From an uncultured delta proteobacterium (lineage in GTDB: Bacteria > Myxococcota > B64-G9), in NCBI GenBank assembly GCA_963754925.1, contig CAVWHX010000004.1, positions 1,312,001-1,376,000 on the forward strand: a DNA stretch of 64,000 nucleotides, in the 5' to 3' direction. Each line of letters starts with the position of its first letter. Position 1 is the stretch's first letter. The translations under genes and the position numbers were made by a program. The notes under the pieces are model-generated. The model did not search any database. It was given only the letters and a program-made list of their open reading frames with translations, and was not told the DNA's origin. Below, one piece after another: positions 53,219 through 62,281 of this stretch.

Positions 53219-54115
53219 TCATACCGTTAATAGGTTCCCTTTTCTCGTTATCAACCTGTCTATCACCAGTTCGTCGATAACCAATGCGACGGTGTCTTGC
53301 GGCTTATTCAGCATGATCGATAACCGCTTCACCGTGACGCCACGATGTGCGAGCAGGCTCCTCAGTACAAGGCCGCGGAGCTGACGCCGGGAACCCTTGA
53401 ACGACGTTTGCTTTTGGTGATGAGCACTTTTTCGCGAAGGATTGGGGTGTTTCCTCTTAAGCATGGCACCGTAATCCATGAGAGCGGAGAACCATTGTCT
53501 GGGGTTGCTCTGATCGAGCATGGCCTCCACCAGTTTAAGAATGTCTTGATCGTGAACCTTTTTTCTTGAATGAAAAAAGAAATGGATGAAGACCGCTCGT
53601 ATGTTTGTCTCTATAAAAACGACCGGTTTGTTGAAGGCAAACGCACAAATCGCGGCGGCCGTAGCTTTGCCGATGCCGGGAAGCCGTACGAGCTCTTCCG
53701 GTGTATCCGGGATCTTGCCGCCATAGGATTCAATGATCCTCACAGCCATCTCAAGCAGTTGCCGAGCGCGGCGGTTGTAGCCCATTCCCTGCCATGTCAT
53801 GAGAACATCACGCAACGACGACGCGGCGAGGGTCTTGACGGTAGGGAATGCACTGATAAATACCTCGAATTTCACGGCCACTCGATCCGTTTGGGTCTGC
53901 TGGAGCATCATTTCTGACACCAGAATGTGGTACGGATCGGTGGTTTGACGCCAAGGAAAATCGCGGCCATGCTTTTGATAATATTCGTATATAATATTTC
54001 TAAACTCTTGCCCCGAGTGTCGATTAGTACTATTTCGCTTTCCCGTGACATATCGTTTGCGGAAATTACACACAATGGCGGTATCGTCGTAGGAGTCATC
54101 ATATGTCTTTGACAT
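53219..54115 (-). CDS. MutY-like HhH-GPD DNA glycosylase lacking the Fe-S cysteine motif
   Basis: RDFPWR, ILVSE.MLQQTQ, WQGMGYNRRA, LPGIG..TA, ETNIR, MDYGA followed by no cysteines. Confidence 0.85.
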   Translation of the reverse strand: MSKTYDDSYDDTAIVCNFRKRYVTGKRNSTNRHSGQEFRNIIYEYYQKHGRDFPWRQTTDPYHILVSEMMLQQTQTDRVAVKFEVFISAFPTVKTLAASSLRDVLMTWQGMGYNRRARQLLEMAVRIIESYGGKIPDTPEELVRLPGIGKATAAAICAFAFNKPVVFIETNIRAVFIHFFFHSRKKVHDQDILKLVEAMLDQSNPRQWFSALMDYGAMLKRKHPNPSRKSAHHQKQTSFKGSRRQLRGLVLRSLLAHRGVTVKRLSIMLNKPQDTVALVIDELVIDRLITRKGNLLTV

Positions 54116-54332
54116 AGTTCTCGTATGACCTCACTAAATTGAAAGCATATTAGATTCCGCCATTATTTGAATGAGTAACATAAAGGAGACGATAAGTCCT
54201 TCAGAATAGTTGACGAGAGATGACTTATGGCCTACTTTTTAAGATAGGTTCGATGGGGTGGTATGAAATCCGCAAGGGCGTACAGCGTGGGACGTCTTTT
54301 TGTACTACGATTGGTTAATCGGGGGATGTAAC

Positions 54333-54890
54333 GTGGCTGATCGAAAAGTAAAAGGCACAATGTTACTGGATCAAGTGAAGACGATCCGCGGTAATAAAAG
54401 CAGGGATTGGAGTAAATATCTTAAACCAGAAGATTGGGAAACAATAAATAAAAGAATTCTACCTTCCGAATGGTATCCTCTTGAACTGTACCGGCGATTG
54501 GGGTTAGCCACCTTTAATGTTCTTGGACAGGGAAACGTCGACATCGTGCGTCTGAGGGGACAGATACGGGGTAAAGAGTTATTTGAAACTATTTACAAGT
54601 CTTTGATCACTCCTCAGGATCCCATGACCACCCTCAGTCGGTTTGTCGTAGCATACGGCCAGCTTTTCAATTTCAGTTTACTCAAATTTGAGAACGCAGG
54701 CACGGGTCACGCAAAAATATTCCACGACTATAGCAGCAGCGATCCCGTAACAAAGCCGTATTGCTATAATCTTATGGGTCATTTAGAGGTCTTAGTTGAA
54801 ATGGCGGGCGGAAGGAATGTTAACGTTGAATTTAAAGCCAAACAATGGGAGGGAGCGGCGACAACCATCTTTGATATTAACTGGGAATAA
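54333..54890 (+). CDS. DUF2378-like (H-NOX/V4R-like fold candidate) protein, tandem copy 1
   Basis: VKG...WYP...G..L..AGG.V...W pattern; one of four paralogs; family assignment tentative. Confidence 0.6.
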   Translation: MADRKVKGTMLLDQVKTIRGNKSRDWSKYLKPEDWETINKRILPSEWYPLELYRRLGLATFNVLGQGNVDIVRLRGQIRGKELFETIYKSLITPQDPMTTLSRFVVAYGQLFNFSLLKFENAGTGHAKIFHDYSSSDPVTKPYCYNLMGHLEVLVEMAGGRNVNVEFKAKQWEGAATTIFDINWE

Positions 54891-55208
54891 CAAACAAAAC
54901 GGCCTTTACTATGTGACATACGTGTAATGAGTCTAACCCCGCTTCTCGTTTAAGAACACCCTGTTGAAAACCAATGGGGTGCGTGAACAAAGAGTGCGTC
55001 TACGTTGGGCATGCATCAAAGAGGGGTGCGCAATGGCCGAACGGAAAGTTAAAGGCACCATGGTAGTGGATCAAGTGAAGTTGATCCGCGGTAATAAAAG
55101 CATGAATTGGAGTAAATATCTTAAACCAGAAGATTGGGAAGCAATAAATAAAAGAATTCTTCCTTCCGAATGGTATCCCTGACGTGCCCCCGTTCATAGG
55201 ACCACTCT

Positions 55209-56120
55209 CTATGAGAGTTGTTCATGGTTAACCATCGTTCCTTTATCCATAGCAACACCAGTTTTCAGAGCGAAGGGAGCCGGAGGCGACCGAAGCTCTG
55301 AAAACTGTCGCGCGAACTCCGCCGGTGTCTCCTGTCCCAGCGAGCTGTGTGGCCGCACATGATTGTAATCCATCCGCCATGATTCGATTTTATTACGAGC
55401 ATCTTGTAGATTTATAAACCAATGTTGATTGAGACATTCATCTCGAAATTTGCCGTTGAAGCTTTCGATCAGGGCATTCTGCACCGGCTTGCCTGGCTCG
55501 ATAAAATGCAACTGCACCCCATGCCGGTACGCCCAGAGGTCCAGCGCACGACTCGTGAACTCCGGACCGTTATCCGTCACCATCGCTTCGGGATACCTAC
55601 CCCGTTCAGCGGCAATATCGTCCAAAATCCTGGCCACCCGGCTGCCGGAAATGGACGTGTCTACGGGTAAGGCAAGACTCTCTCGACTGAATTCATCCAG
55701 CACGCTCAACACCTTCAACCGTCGCCCATCTGAGAGACAATCAGATAGAAAATCCATCGACCATCGCTCGTTGAGTCCTTCCGGAAGACGCAGCGGCTGC
55801 CGCGCGATGCTCCGGTATCTCTTGCGCTGCTTCTTCCTCACGCTCAATCCCTCTTGCCGATACAGCCGATACACCCGCTTGTGATTCACCACATACCCTT
55901 CCCGCCGCAATAACACCTGCAACCGTCGATATCCGAAGCGTACCCGCTGCGCCGCAAGCTCTAAAAGACGCTCCCGCAACTGCGGATACAGTTGGCCTAC
56001 CGAACGGTACCGAAAGCTCGATCGCCCGATCCTCATCAGCCCGCAGGCGCGTCGTTCGCTCACCCCAAATTCCTCGCGGGCATGCACAACGGCCTGCTTT
56101 CGCGCTGCGGGCTTCACCAT
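55209..56120 (-). CDS. IS3 family transposase OrfB
   Basis: GYRR, NHKRVYRLY, WSMDF, TDNGPEF, PGKP.QN..IESFNG. Confidence 0.95.
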   Translation of the reverse strand: MVKPAARKQAVVHAREEFGVSERRACGLMRIGRSSFRYRSVGQLYPQLRERLLELAAQRVRFGYRRLQVLLRREGYVVNHKRVYRLYRQEGLSVRKKQRKRYRSIARQPLRLPEGLNERWSMDFLSDCLSDGRRLKVLSVLDEFSRESLALPVDTSISGSRVARILDDIAAERGRYPEAMVTDNGPEFTSRALDLWAYRHGVQLHFIEPGKPVQNALIESFNGKFRDECLNQHWFINLQDARNKIESWRMDYNHVRPHSSLGQETPAEFARQFSELRSPPAPFALKTGVAMDKGTMVNHEQLS

Positions 56121-56380
56121 TTTCTTGAGTTGATATCCCTCAAGATCTGGTTGTCGAGAGTGAGATCGGCCACGGCACGCTTCAGCCTTCGGTTTTCTTC
56201 CTCAAGCTGCTTCAGCCGCCGCGCCTCGCTGACGTCCATCCCGCCGTACTTGGATTTCCAACGGTAGTACGTTTGTTCGCAGAAGCCATGTGTGCGACAG
56301 AGATCAGACAGCTTCACCCCCGCTTCGGCTTCTTTCAATATCCCGATGATCTTATCCTCAGAAAACCGTTTCCCTTTCAT
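56114..56380 (-). CDS. IS3 family transposase OrfA
   Basis: RFSEDKIIGILKE, TYYRWKSKYGGM, LEEENRRLK. Confidence 0.95.
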   Translation of the reverse strand: MKGKRFSEDKIIGILKEAEAGVKLSDLCRTHGFCEQTYYRWKSKYGGMDVSEARRLKQLEEENRRLKRAVADLTLDNQILRDINSRKW

Positions 56381-57055
56381 TGAGCAAGCTCCTTTCCGGC
56401 ATTCTAGCCGAAGGAACTCTCATTGAAAATGGTCCAGTTTTCGGGGGGCACGTCATCCCCTCGAACTGTACCGGCGATGCGGGTTAGCCACCTTTAATGT
56501 TCTTGGACAGGGAAATGTCGACATCGTGCGTCTGAGGGGACAAATACGGGGTAGAGAGTTATTTGAAACTATTTACAAGCCGGTGATCACCCCCCAGGAC
56601 CCCATGACCTCTCTGAATCGGTTTGTCGTCGTATACGGCCAGCTTTTCAATTTCAGTTTCCTCAAATTTGAAAGCGCGGGCAAGAATCACGCAAAAATAT
56701 TCCACGAGTATGACCGCATCGATCCCGTAACCAAGCCGTATTGCTATCAACTTATGGGCCATTTAGACGTCTTAGTTGAAATAGCCGGGGGAAAGAATGT
56801 TAAAATTGAATTTTTAGCCAAAGAGTGGGAGGGGGCGCCGAAAACTATCTTTGATATTACCTGGGAATAACAAGCAAAACGGCCTTCGCGTTCTAACGTG
56901 CGTAGCCGACGTTACTCTCATGAATAGTTGACAGAATGTGATTTTTGAATGATGCTAATCGTACTTCTCGTATAAGAACACCCTGTTGAAAACCACAGGG
57001 GTGCCTGAACTATACAGTGCATTTTTGCTAAGCATGCATACAGGAGGAATGCACC

Positions 57056-57616
57056 ATGGTCGAACGGAAGGTTAAAGGCACCATGCTCGTGGAGCAAGTT
57101 AAGATGATCCGCGGAAACAAAGATGGAGACTGGAAAAAATATCTTAAACCAGAAGATTGGGAAATAATCAATAAAAGGATTCTTCCTTCCGAATGGTATC
57201 CATTTGAATTGTATAAAAGATGCGGTTGGGCGACCTTCCAGGTTCTTGGGCAAGGAAATCTCGACCTTGTGCGTTTGAGGGGGCGATTTCGGGGTAAAGA
57301 GTTATTTGAAAATGTTTATAAGTCGTGTATCATTTCTCAGGATCCCGCGGCAAGCCTTAGTCGTTTTGTTACCATCTATGCTCAACTTTTCAATTTCAGT
57401 ACCCTCAGATTTGAAAACGCAAGCAATAACCACATTAAAATATACCATGACCCCGAATATGTCAACGATCCTGCCATAATGCCGTATTGCTATAACCTTA
57501 TGGGTCATTTAGAGGTTTTAGTGGAAATGGCGGGCGGAAGGAATGTTAAAGTTGAGCTTAAAGGCAAGCACTGGGAGGGAGCGGCGACAACCATCTTTGA
57601 TATTAACTGGGAATAA
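57056..57616 (+). CDS. DUF2378-like protein, tandem copy 3
   Basis: Paralog of 54333..54890; AGGAGG RBS. Confidence 0.6.
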   Translation: MVERKVKGTMLVEQVKMIRGNKDGDWKKYLKPEDWEIINKRILPSEWYPFELYKRCGWATFQVLGQGNLDLVRLRGRFRGKELFENVYKSCIISQDPAASLSRFVTIYAQLFNFSTLRFENASNNHIKIYHDPEYVNDPAIMPYCYNLMGHLEVLVEMAGGRNVKVELKGKHWEGAATTIFDINWE

Positions 57617-57801
57617 CAAACGAAACGGCCTTCAGGTTCTGACGCGCGTGGCCGACGTTACTCTCATGAATAGTTGACATACGGTGATTTTTGAATGATG
57701 CTAATCTCAATTCTCGTTTAAGAACACCCTGGTGAAAACCACAGGGGTGCCTGACCTATAGAGTACATTTTTGCTGGGCATTCATACAAGAGGAATGCAC
57801 C

Positions 57802-58359
57802 ATGGTTGAACGGAAAGTTAAAGGCACCATGTTAGTAGATCAAGTGAAGGCCATCCGCGGTAATAAAGGCAGAGATTGGAGTAAATATCTTAAACCAGAA
57901 GATTGGGAAACCATAAATAAAAGAATTCTTCCTTCTGAATGGTATCCCCTTGAACTATACCGGCGATGCGGGTTAGCCACCTTTAATGTTCTTGGACAAG
58001 GGAATCTTGAGATCGCGCATCTGAGGGGACAAATACGGGGTAGAGAGTTATTTGAAACTATTTACAAGCCGGTGATCACCCCTCAGGACCCCGTGAGCAC
58101 CCTCAATCGGTTTGTCGTAGTATACAGTCAACTTTTCAATTTCAGTTTCCTCAAATTTGAAAACGCAGGCCCGCGTCACGTAAAAATATTTCACGAGTAT
58201 GACCGCACCGATCCGGTAACAGCGCCGTATTGCTATCAACTTATGGGTCATTTAGAGGTCTTAGTTGAAATAGCCGGGGGAAAGGATGTCAAAATTGAAT
58301 TTACGGCTAAGGAATGGGAGGGAGCGCCTCAGACAATCTTTGACATAACGTGGAAATAA
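57802..58359 (+). CDS. DUF2378-like protein, tandem copy 4
   Basis: Paralog starting 746 bp after copy 3 with a duplicated leader. Confidence 0.6.
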   Translation: MVERKVKGTMLVDQVKAIRGNKGRDWSKYLKPEDWETINKRILPSEWYPLELYRRCGLATFNVLGQGNLEIAHLRGQIRGRELFETIYKPVITPQDPVSTLNRFVVVYSQLFNFSFLKFENAGPRHVKIFHEYDRTDPVTAPYCYQLMGHLEVLVEIAGGKDVKIEFTAKEWEGAPQTIFDITWK

Positions 58360-58380
58360 ACCGCGAAGCGTAGTTAACGA

Positions 58381-58908
58381 TTATCCCGCTTTAACCGCCT
58401 TCTTCTTTGCAAGAGCCATAAGTAATTTCAGAATGCCGATGATACCGGCGATAAAAACGCCCCCGCCGATAAGTTCGACCCCTACAACCTGTATAAACGG
58501 AAAAGGTGTGGGTTCGGGCTTATTGGCCAACATTACCGTGGCTAATGCAGCACTGACTGTGAAAAACATAAAAGCGTAGTTGTTGAGCACGGCCGGAATG
58601 GTTTCTCCAAAGGCTACGATTGCGTAAATAAAAATGCATATAAAGAGTAATATTGATATCTCCTTGCCAATTACAGGGCCCAATGCCTGAATAAACAATT
58701 TAAGAAGAACAATACAGACGATCCCGAACAGGCTGCCGGCAAGTATAGGAATTATCTTTTTCACGTCCATATGCTCCATGAAAAAGAAAATCATGATCAT
58801 GAATGCCGGCCATCCGGGCAAGTTGAAATGGGTGAAAATAACTTCACCAACGACGATCAAGACGAGTAGAAAAAGGCCGAAAACTAAGCGTTGCGGATCT
58901 ACTTTCAT
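58381..58908 (-). CDS. small multi-pass membrane protein
   Basis: About five hydrophobic helices, GWPAF motif, GAGGAGG RBS. Confidence 0.7.
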   Translation of the reverse strand: MKVDPQRLVFGLFLLVLIVVGEVIFTHFNLPGWPAFMIMIFFFMEHMDVKKIIPILAGSLFGIVCIVLLKLFIQALGPVIGKEISILLFICIFIYAIVAFGETIPAVLNNYAFMFFTVSAALATVMLANKPEPTPFPFIQVVGVELIGGGVFIAGIIGILKLLMALAKKKAVKAG

Positions 58909-59073
58909 GTATACGTCCTCCTCGGATAAATGGGTAGGAACGCCAGTTAAGAGATGGTGAGCTCCTTTCTTCGTACACTACTCAGAGAGCCTCCCTTGGC
59001 AACAATGGTACGTCGTGTCATATACAAATGTGACATCCGCTCATGAATGTCAATTGATTTAATTAATCGCCTG

Positions 59074-60340
59074 GGCAAGCCCAGGTAGATCTGACACCAC
59101 CTCTTTCTGCTCTCAGGAGCATGGGGAGCAAGGGATTGGCAATGTTGAAGGGAAAGCTTCCTTGGGGGGCTAGCCCCCCAAGGAAGCCGCGGCAACAAAA
59201 AAGGAGATGAGGTCAGGACCAAAATCCTCTTGAATGAAGGTTTGCGAAGACTTTCATCACAAGGAGGTACGGCCCTGACCCCATTTAGTTATTACGCCAT
59301 GACCACCACGAAAGACCATAAATATTCGCTTCGCCTTCAGTTGGTGCAGTACGCCACGACCCACGGCATACGCCCCGCTGCGCGTGCCTTTGCTACCACC
59401 CCCAACACCGTACGGCGATGGCGTGCCCGCTTTGACGCCGGCGGTCGTACCTCACTCCAGGACCGCTCCCGGAGACCCAAGACCTGCCCCCACAAGACTT
59501 CCCGGTACCAAGAAGCGAAGATCCTCAACGCACGCAAGAAGGTTCCCTGCTTCGGACCGCGCCGCCTGCGCGACCTGTTTGGAATCACTGCTTCCTCTGG
59601 CGCCATCGCTCGCATCCTGCGCCAGCAAGGCTTATCGGGCCGCCGTCGCAAAAAGCGTCAGCGCAAAAACGACCTGCGGGCTATCAAAGCTAAATACAGA
59701 TGCTTCCAACGCCTCCAGGCCGATATGAAACCCCTCTTCGATATCCCCGCCTACTGGCCGCAGATGAAGAAACTCGGCCTCCCCAAACACCAGTACACCC
59801 ACCGTGATGTCAAAAGCGGTGCTCTCTTTATCTCTTACGCCGACGAGCTCTCCACCACCTACGCCACCATGACCTCCCGGCGCTTGCTGACCCACCTGAA
59901 AAAGCATCTCGTCAACCTCCGCCGTGCTATCTTGTCCACCGACAACGGCGTCGAATATGGTGGCCATGACAAGAACGAGCGGGAACGAGGCTTCCATGCC
60001 AAAATCCAGCAGGCCGGGATCATCCACCGCTTCCTGCCCCCTGCCACCCCAAACGCCCACGCCGATGTCGAGAGTTCCCATGCATCCATTGAACAGGAGT
60101 TCTTTGATCTCGAACCATTTACATCCAGACAGGACTTCTTCCAGAAGGTCTCTATCTACCAACACTGGTGGAACTTCGCCAGACCCAACTACTCCAAGAG
60201 CGCTAAAACACCCGCACAACTCTTGGAGGATGAAGGCCTTGACCCAAGCATCCTCTTGCTCCTACCCGTTGACCTTGAGGCCTGGTTCAGGACGACGACT
60301 TACTTTCCTCAGGTGGTGTCACATCTACCTGTTGACGCCG
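59074..60340 (+). mobile_element. IS481/IS1202-like insertion sequence flanked by a 16-bp direct repeat
   Basis: TTTAATTAATCGCCTG at 59058..59073 and 60341..60356; inverted repeats 59082..59102 / 60311..60331 (20 of 21 match). Confidence 0.85.
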
Positions 60341-60345
60341 TTTAA
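59275..60345 (+). CDS. DDE transposase (HTH plus integrase core, IS481-like); start uncertain (59230, 59275 or 59299)
   Basis: TVRRW..RF..GG..SL.DRSRRP, GPRRL, QADMK, TDNGVEY, NAH.DVESSH. Confidence 0.9.
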   Translation: MTPFSYYAMTTTKDHKYSLRLQLVQYATTHGIRPAARAFATTPNTVRRWRARFDAGGRTSLQDRSRRPKTCPHKTSRYQEAKILNARKKVPCFGPRRLRDLFGITASSGAIARILRQQGLSGRRRKKRQRKNDLRAIKAKYRCFQRLQADMKPLFDIPAYWPQMKKLGLPKHQYTHRDVKSGALFISYADELSTTYATMTSRRLLTHLKKHLVNLRRAILSTDNGVEYGGHDKNERERGFHAKIQQAGIIHRFLPPATPNAHADVESSHASIEQEFFDLEPFTSRQDFFQKVSIYQHWWNFARPNYSKSAKTPAQLLEDEGLDPSILLLLPVDLEAWFRTTTYFPQVVSHLPVDAV

Positions 60346-60487
60346 TTAATCGCCTGATTTGAGTTTCCCATAACATACTCTATCGCGGGTTGTTCATTAC
60401 CTCACCATTGAGGACCGGTACGTTGACACTGCTGGAAATCACGAATAAAGTTATCGCATTGAAACACGGTGAGGAGCCATAGCAACC

Positions 60488-61480
60488 ATGTCCCAAACCA
60501 CGCCTTCTATCACGGTGGAGTACCTGCACGGTGTCCACCTGGTCGATAGTGTTCTGTGGTTTGATGCCCCCCGCCAGGCTGACTTGTGTTTTGTTTCTCA
60601 TGCACACCTGGGTCTTTCCATAGCCCACAAAAAAGTGCTGACGACGCCCCAGACCGCCGCGTTGGTCCACGAAAAGTTTGATCCGGCGCGGGCCTTGCTG
60701 GCGCCGTTTTGGAGACGGTTTGTCCTGGGGGAATTGGAGTTAGAGCTTTTCCCGGCTGGACATATCCTTGGCTCGGCGCAGATACGAGTCACTCGGACCG
60801 GTGAGCGGCTCGTTTACACCGGTCACTTTAATCTCAGCCCCAAGCGAACGACGGAAAACGCCTCGGTGCTCGACTGTGAAGTCTTGGTGGTTCCGGTGGT
60901 GTATGGCCGCGAGCACCATGTGTTTCCGCCGCGCCATGAGGTCGAGGCAGCTATCGTGGAATTCGTCAGGCACAGCTTGGCGGACGGAGCGGCGCCTGTG
61001 TTGCTTGCTTCACCGTTGGGCAACGCCCTTGAGCTGGTGAACGTGCTCGACGAGTACGGGTTTGTGATGCGCGCGCATCGGACCATCGTATTTGCCTGTC
61101 GACGCGCTCAAAAATTAGGGGTGAGCCTACCGCAGCTCAAACGTTTTGACGGGTCAGCTCATCCGGGCGAGGTTATTTTGTTACCACCCTCGGTTGCTCG
61201 GCATCGAACGCTTCGGCAGGTGCCAACTGCTCGGTTGGCATTAGTATCTGGCCGCGCCGTGGAACCCGGTTATGCCGAGCGTTTGGGCGTTGATCGAGCC
61301 TACCCTCTGTCAAGTCACGCCGATAGAAATGCGGTCATACGGTACATACGGGAGTCCAACGCACGGAGGATCTTCCTTATGGGAGCGGACGCAGATCTGC
61401 TTGCGGGCGATTTGCGATCAAAGCGGATAGCCGCGTGGCCGTTGTTGCTGCCGAAACAATTAGATTTCTTTAGATCGTAA
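60488..61480 (+). CDS. MBL-fold / beta-CASP nuclease-like protein with degenerate metal motif
   Basis: FVSHAH, AGHILGSAQ, YTG, SSHAD. Confidence 0.75.
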   Translation: MSQTTPSITVEYLHGVHLVDSVLWFDAPRQADLCFVSHAHLGLSIAHKKVLTTPQTAALVHEKFDPARALLAPFWRRFVLGELELELFPAGHILGSAQIRVTRTGERLVYTGHFNLSPKRTTENASVLDCEVLVVPVVYGREHHVFPPRHEVEAAIVEFVRHSLADGAAPVLLASPLGNALELVNVLDEYGFVMRAHRTIVFACRRAQKLGVSLPQLKRFDGSAHPGEVILLPPSVARHRTLRQVPTARLALVSGRAVEPGYAERLGVDRAYPLSSHADRNAVIRYIRESNARRIFLMGADADLLAGDLRSKRIAAWPLLLPKQLDFFRS

Positions 61481-61661
61481 CTTAAAGCGTTTTTCTGGCA
61501 TCCGGCGACATGTTTTCGATACTATTGGAGGGTGCAGGGTGCCCTCTCAAGGAGGGACAAGACCTTTTAATGGGGATTTAAAGGGTCTGACAGACCGCTG
61601 GCGGGATCCATACGTCTTTAGAAGGGGGTTCCCGTCGGGCGGCTTACGCGATGCCGGAGCC

Positions 61662-62261
61662 ATGCTCGAGAGACTCTCAGACGAGGAACTCATGGCGAAG
61701 TTTCTTGCAGGAGAACTTCCGGCATTCGAGGTATTATTAGTTCGGCATCGGCGGGGCATCTATCAATTTATTTATAGGTTTGTTGGGCATCCGGCTCAGG
61801 CCGAGGATATTATGCAAGACGTGTTCACCCGGCTTTTCACGGCAGCCGAATCGTTTGAGAGACGATCGCGCTTTACTACCTGGATCTACACCGTCGCCCG
61901 CAATCTGTGCATAGACTTTTTGCGCAAACATAAGCACCGCAAGGCCGCCTCGCTCGATCAGCCGAAGAATTCCGGCGACGAATCGGCAGGCACCCTGCTT
62001 GAGCACCTTCACGGTGACGCACGAGATCCCGAACATGAAGCCCATGGCCGCGAATTGCGCACCGTGATACTCCGGGCGCTTGAGTCCATCAGCCTCGAGC
62101 AACGTGAAGTATTTCTCCTGCGTGAGGAGGCCGGACTACCCTTTGAAGAAATCGCGCGTATCGTCGATGCGCCGCTCAACACCGTCAAAAGCCGTATGCG
62201 CTACGCGCTGCAGAACCTGCGCGCCAACCTTTCCGCCCAGGGGGTGGAACCGTCCGGTTAA
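61662..62261 (+). CDS. ECF RNA polymerase sigma factor
   Basis: AEDIMQDVF, FTTWIYTVARNLCID..RK, REVFLLRE, EIA.....P.NTVKSR. Confidence 0.93.
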   Translation: MLERLSDEELMAKFLAGELPAFEVLLVRHRRGIYQFIYRFVGHPAQAEDIMQDVFTRLFTAAESFERRSRFTTWIYTVARNLCIDFLRKHKHRKAASLDQPKNSGDESAGTLLEHLHGDARDPEHEAHGRELRTVILRALESISLEQREVFLLREEAGLPFEEIARIVDAPLNTVKSRMRYALQNLRANLSAQGVEPSG

Positions 62262-62281
62262 TGATACTATTTGGAATGAGC

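Larger units (their letters stand above)
55180..56455 (-). mobile_element. IS3 family insertion sequence (IS407-group-like), 1276 bp
   Basis: Ends TGACGTGCCCCC / GGGGGCACGTCA, 4-bp target duplication TCCC (55176..55179, 56456..56459), orfA and orfB. Confidence 0.95.
55033..56870 (+). pseudogene. tandem copy 2, interrupted by IS3-family element
   Basis: 55033..55179 and 56460..56870 rejoin as ILPSEWYP|LELYRRCG, matching copy 4. Confidence 0.9.

Noticed and set aside
54333..58359. Paralog array as a diversity-generating retroelement or shufflon
   Set aside because: No reverse transcriptase or site-specific recombinase in the window, all copies are co-oriented, and differences are not confined to adenines
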